Source: Xylographa opegraphella (Eukaryota). From it: a DNA stretch of 64,000 bases. This document shows, in pieces, positions 61,359 to 64,000 of the stretch. The translations under genes were made by a program, and so were the position numbers. Below the pieces are notes generated by a model. That model saw only the letters and a list, made by a program, of their open reading frames with translations, was not told the DNA's origin and did not search any database. The DNA is taken from the NCBI GenBank assembly GCA_022813865.1, contig JALDZX010000010.1, positions 248,001 through 312,000 of the forward strand, read 5' to 3'. Position 1 is the first letter of the stretch. Every line of letters starts with the position of its first letter.

Positions 61359-63469
61359 ATTTCTTTGTTTTTGTCTCAAGGTCTCAAAGGAATGTGGAGG
61401 CCACAATGATGTTTACAGCCAGTTTATTTTTCGAGTGTTGACTTGGCGAAGTAGGCTTGAATGAGTGAATGGGCAGATTTGACTGCAGTTTTCTCGACAG
61501 TTCAGGACTCGATAAATGACACTGTGCGTCTGACAATTGCGATGAAAGTAGATGCGCAGTGCTGAGAGACGCGCAATGATCGAGTGTCGTGGACGGTCGC
61601 AAGAACGAGGGTGTTTGTAGAAACAAGGAATGTGGTGGAACGGACGTGCGTTCCAGAACGATGATCAGAAAGATACTGATGTAGACGAGCGACGATGTTC
61701 GACAGATGAAGAGACTGCGATCAAGTACGACCAAAAAGAAGGTGATGGGAGAACTACAAGAACGGGAGAAGGAGCACGGCGGCAGGCATGACGGGGGCGG
61801 CCGCCGGGGGTTGAAATGAAAACGAAATTGCACTTTTCGTTAGTGAGGTCGCGATGCGGGCCAGTCGCGCTAAGGGCCGAAGGGGACGGGGGCCACGCTC
61901 CGGCCAACTACTCCGTCTCGCGTTAGACTGTCACGCCGTTGACGCGCCCCACACCCCCAAGAAGTTCTCTCTCTTGTGAGCCACTGTACCAAAACTTCTT
62001 CCTACCCAGAGGTACAGTACTCGGAATATCAACGATTGAGGCATCTGAATCATCTTCAAACTACAGAACTCGATCGAATATTTTATCTACCTCAGAACAT
62101 CATATGATGACCCAGAGCCGCAATGGCTAATCTCCAAGTGCAAGGCCTCCCGGAAGAAACATTTCGCGCCGCAAACAAACGGCCGTGAATGCAGCCAATT
62201 TCTCCGAACACTCACAACATAACAGCCAACCGTGCTTGGTTGAGCAGTCAACTGTAACCTCCATGAAAGGAAGCCATGGATTCGAAATGTCAACCAAGTA
62301 TCTGCCTCTCTCGTTCCGCAGAACATTGGAAAAGACCACATTACCTGAATGACGAAGCGCTGGAGACCGTTTCTGCGGCCCAACCAATCAGCAGCGGTCA
62401 CTACTGAACGGATTCAGGAACCAGGCACGCCCGGTCGTTGATTGGTTGACACGGCTTCACTGCTACCGCCGATCAGTTTTGTCACTAAAACCACTGCCAA
62501 GAACATTGACAGTAATAATGAAAATTGACAATAATGAAAATAGAGTGCGCTAGAAGGCGCGACAATGTATTACGAAGAGTGCCACTGTGACTGTTGGTCG
62601 TGAAGTCGCCTCAAAATCCAATGTGTTTGCCTTTTGTCTCTACTTGTACCAGAGTGTCAATAATAGCTCTAGCTCGGTTTACTAAAATTATATCACCATC
62701 GAAGGGATATGTCCTGGCGCCTTGTTCCTTAGACCGCAATCCAATCACTCTGGCATTAGGTCCTACAACGATGAAAACGTTTTGGAAAGACGCGATGAAT
62801 AATGTCCTAAGATTCCTGGCCCATCTCTTTGGTTGATCGTCTCCGTTGCTTTCGTTCATACACTGTTTGATTAAACAAGCTGGGCGTATAATTGTACTGA
62901 GAGTACTTTTTCGACTACGTTGTGGAGACTGATGTCTTTCCTGCTCAGAGTGCTCAGAGTGCTTCTTTCGATTGCGCTGTGGAGACTGATGACTTCCGAA
63001 TTTGTCAGTTCTATCTATGATATGCTACTGTGATCGCCTCCTTGTATGTCGGTGATGTTCTACGAATCCTTTTAACTAGTCTACAGTGGCAGCGACGAAC
63101 ATGATGTTTCCATTTCTCAAAATCTATCGTTTGTGTTTCATAAGACTTCAAAGTTTTCGATGTCTCCGTGAAATGAAATCTCACTTTCCAACAGTGCTTG
63201 TGGTCATAGGCACTTGCTGCCGATAACAACAATCGACACCGAAGTATTGAGGATATTTTTCAACTTTTTTGTATACCGGAAAGTGAATAAACTAATAACA
63301 CTTTACCGACCACGTGTAAGCATGATCAGAAGTGACTGTAGGACAACACCATACATCATTTCTGTTATCGATATGTCTCATAAACGTGACTTCTCTCACG
63401 TGCAACTGTCCTGATATGCACTTGCCTTCTTCCCACTTACCCCGAAGAAATCCCGCTAAGGATTGCAAA

Positions 63470-64000
63470 ATGGATGAGGGAGGAATGGATTTTGACTCGA
63501 ATCGTGGAGATCTTGCTGCATCACAGAGCGCCCCAGCCGAAGACTTCAACTATGCAAACATCGACCCAGAATTGTGTAGGTTGAGCAGTAGTCCCGTGTT
63601 TCGAAAAAAAAGTTTTTCACTGGCTGAATGTCTCAGTCTTTATCTCCGAAACCGACACTGCTGATACCAACCATATTACCGGCCCAAGCCTTCTCGACAT
63701 TCCGGCCAGCGATACGCTGCTGGTTCAGGATGTAGAGAATACTCACCTGCCTGTCCCATATGATGGTGTGCTCCCTTTCAGGCCGCTACAGAACTCTTAC
63801 CCTCCAGCACAAGCTTTGTACTCGCCTAAGCAGATCACATTCTCAGAAATGATCGTCAGCGGTTGGATCCAGGAAAGCGACGCCTACCTCCTTCGCCTTG
63901 ATATCCCTAGCACCCTCACGCCAAACAGCTCCCATCCAAACATCCCGACGTTCCATACAAAAGTTTTCTACGCCTACGTAAGCCCTGTCCCGCCGTCCTG
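63470..64000 (+). CDS. 5' part of a hypothetical multi-exon gene running off the window
   Basis: CAAAATG start (MDEGGMDFDSN...IDPELC), probable intron with GCTGAT branch, about 95 open codons (LLDIPASD...KVFYAY), then a GTAAGC donor near 63978. Confidence 0.5.

Noticed and set aside
1..64000. tRNA, rRNA or transposon sequences
   Set aside because: No cloverleaf/T-loop context, rRNA-like stretch, transposase or RT motif, LTR or TIR was recognised by eye. A computational scan could still find small elements.

Overview
Gene-dense, intron-containing genomic DNA from a filamentous ascomycete (Pezizomycotina-type GTRNGT donors, CTRAC branch points, introns mostly 45-100 nt), with one 84-nt N gap. 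About 25 protein-coding genes are supported. Recognisable housekeeping genes: mitochondrial AsnRS, COA6, SYS1, COG5, COQ9, a Gbp2/Hrb1-like RRM protein, RAD54, a DNAJC3-like protein, an Mtf2-like protein, a mitochondrial carrier, sphingolipid delta-8 desaturase, a PGM-family mutase, an ELYS-like protein, SMC4, SRP14, SGD1/NOM1 and a GH17 glucanase. There are two transcription factors (Gti1/Pac2 WOPR; NsdC/Usv1-like C2H2), a microbial-type PARG-like gene, a NYN/PIN-like gene with an internal triplication, a four-exon Hsp12-like gene invisible to the ORF track, and several orphans. I found no tRNA, rRNA, CRISPR array or transposon, and no convincing novel multi-gene system. The most unusual signals are recurrent GC-rich islands that flip from C-rich to G-rich regardless of gene orientation, and several splicing oddities (start codon split by an intron, an 8-nt microexon, two 45-nt GC-AG introns). 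All gene models and family calls were made by eye from motifs, with no database search.
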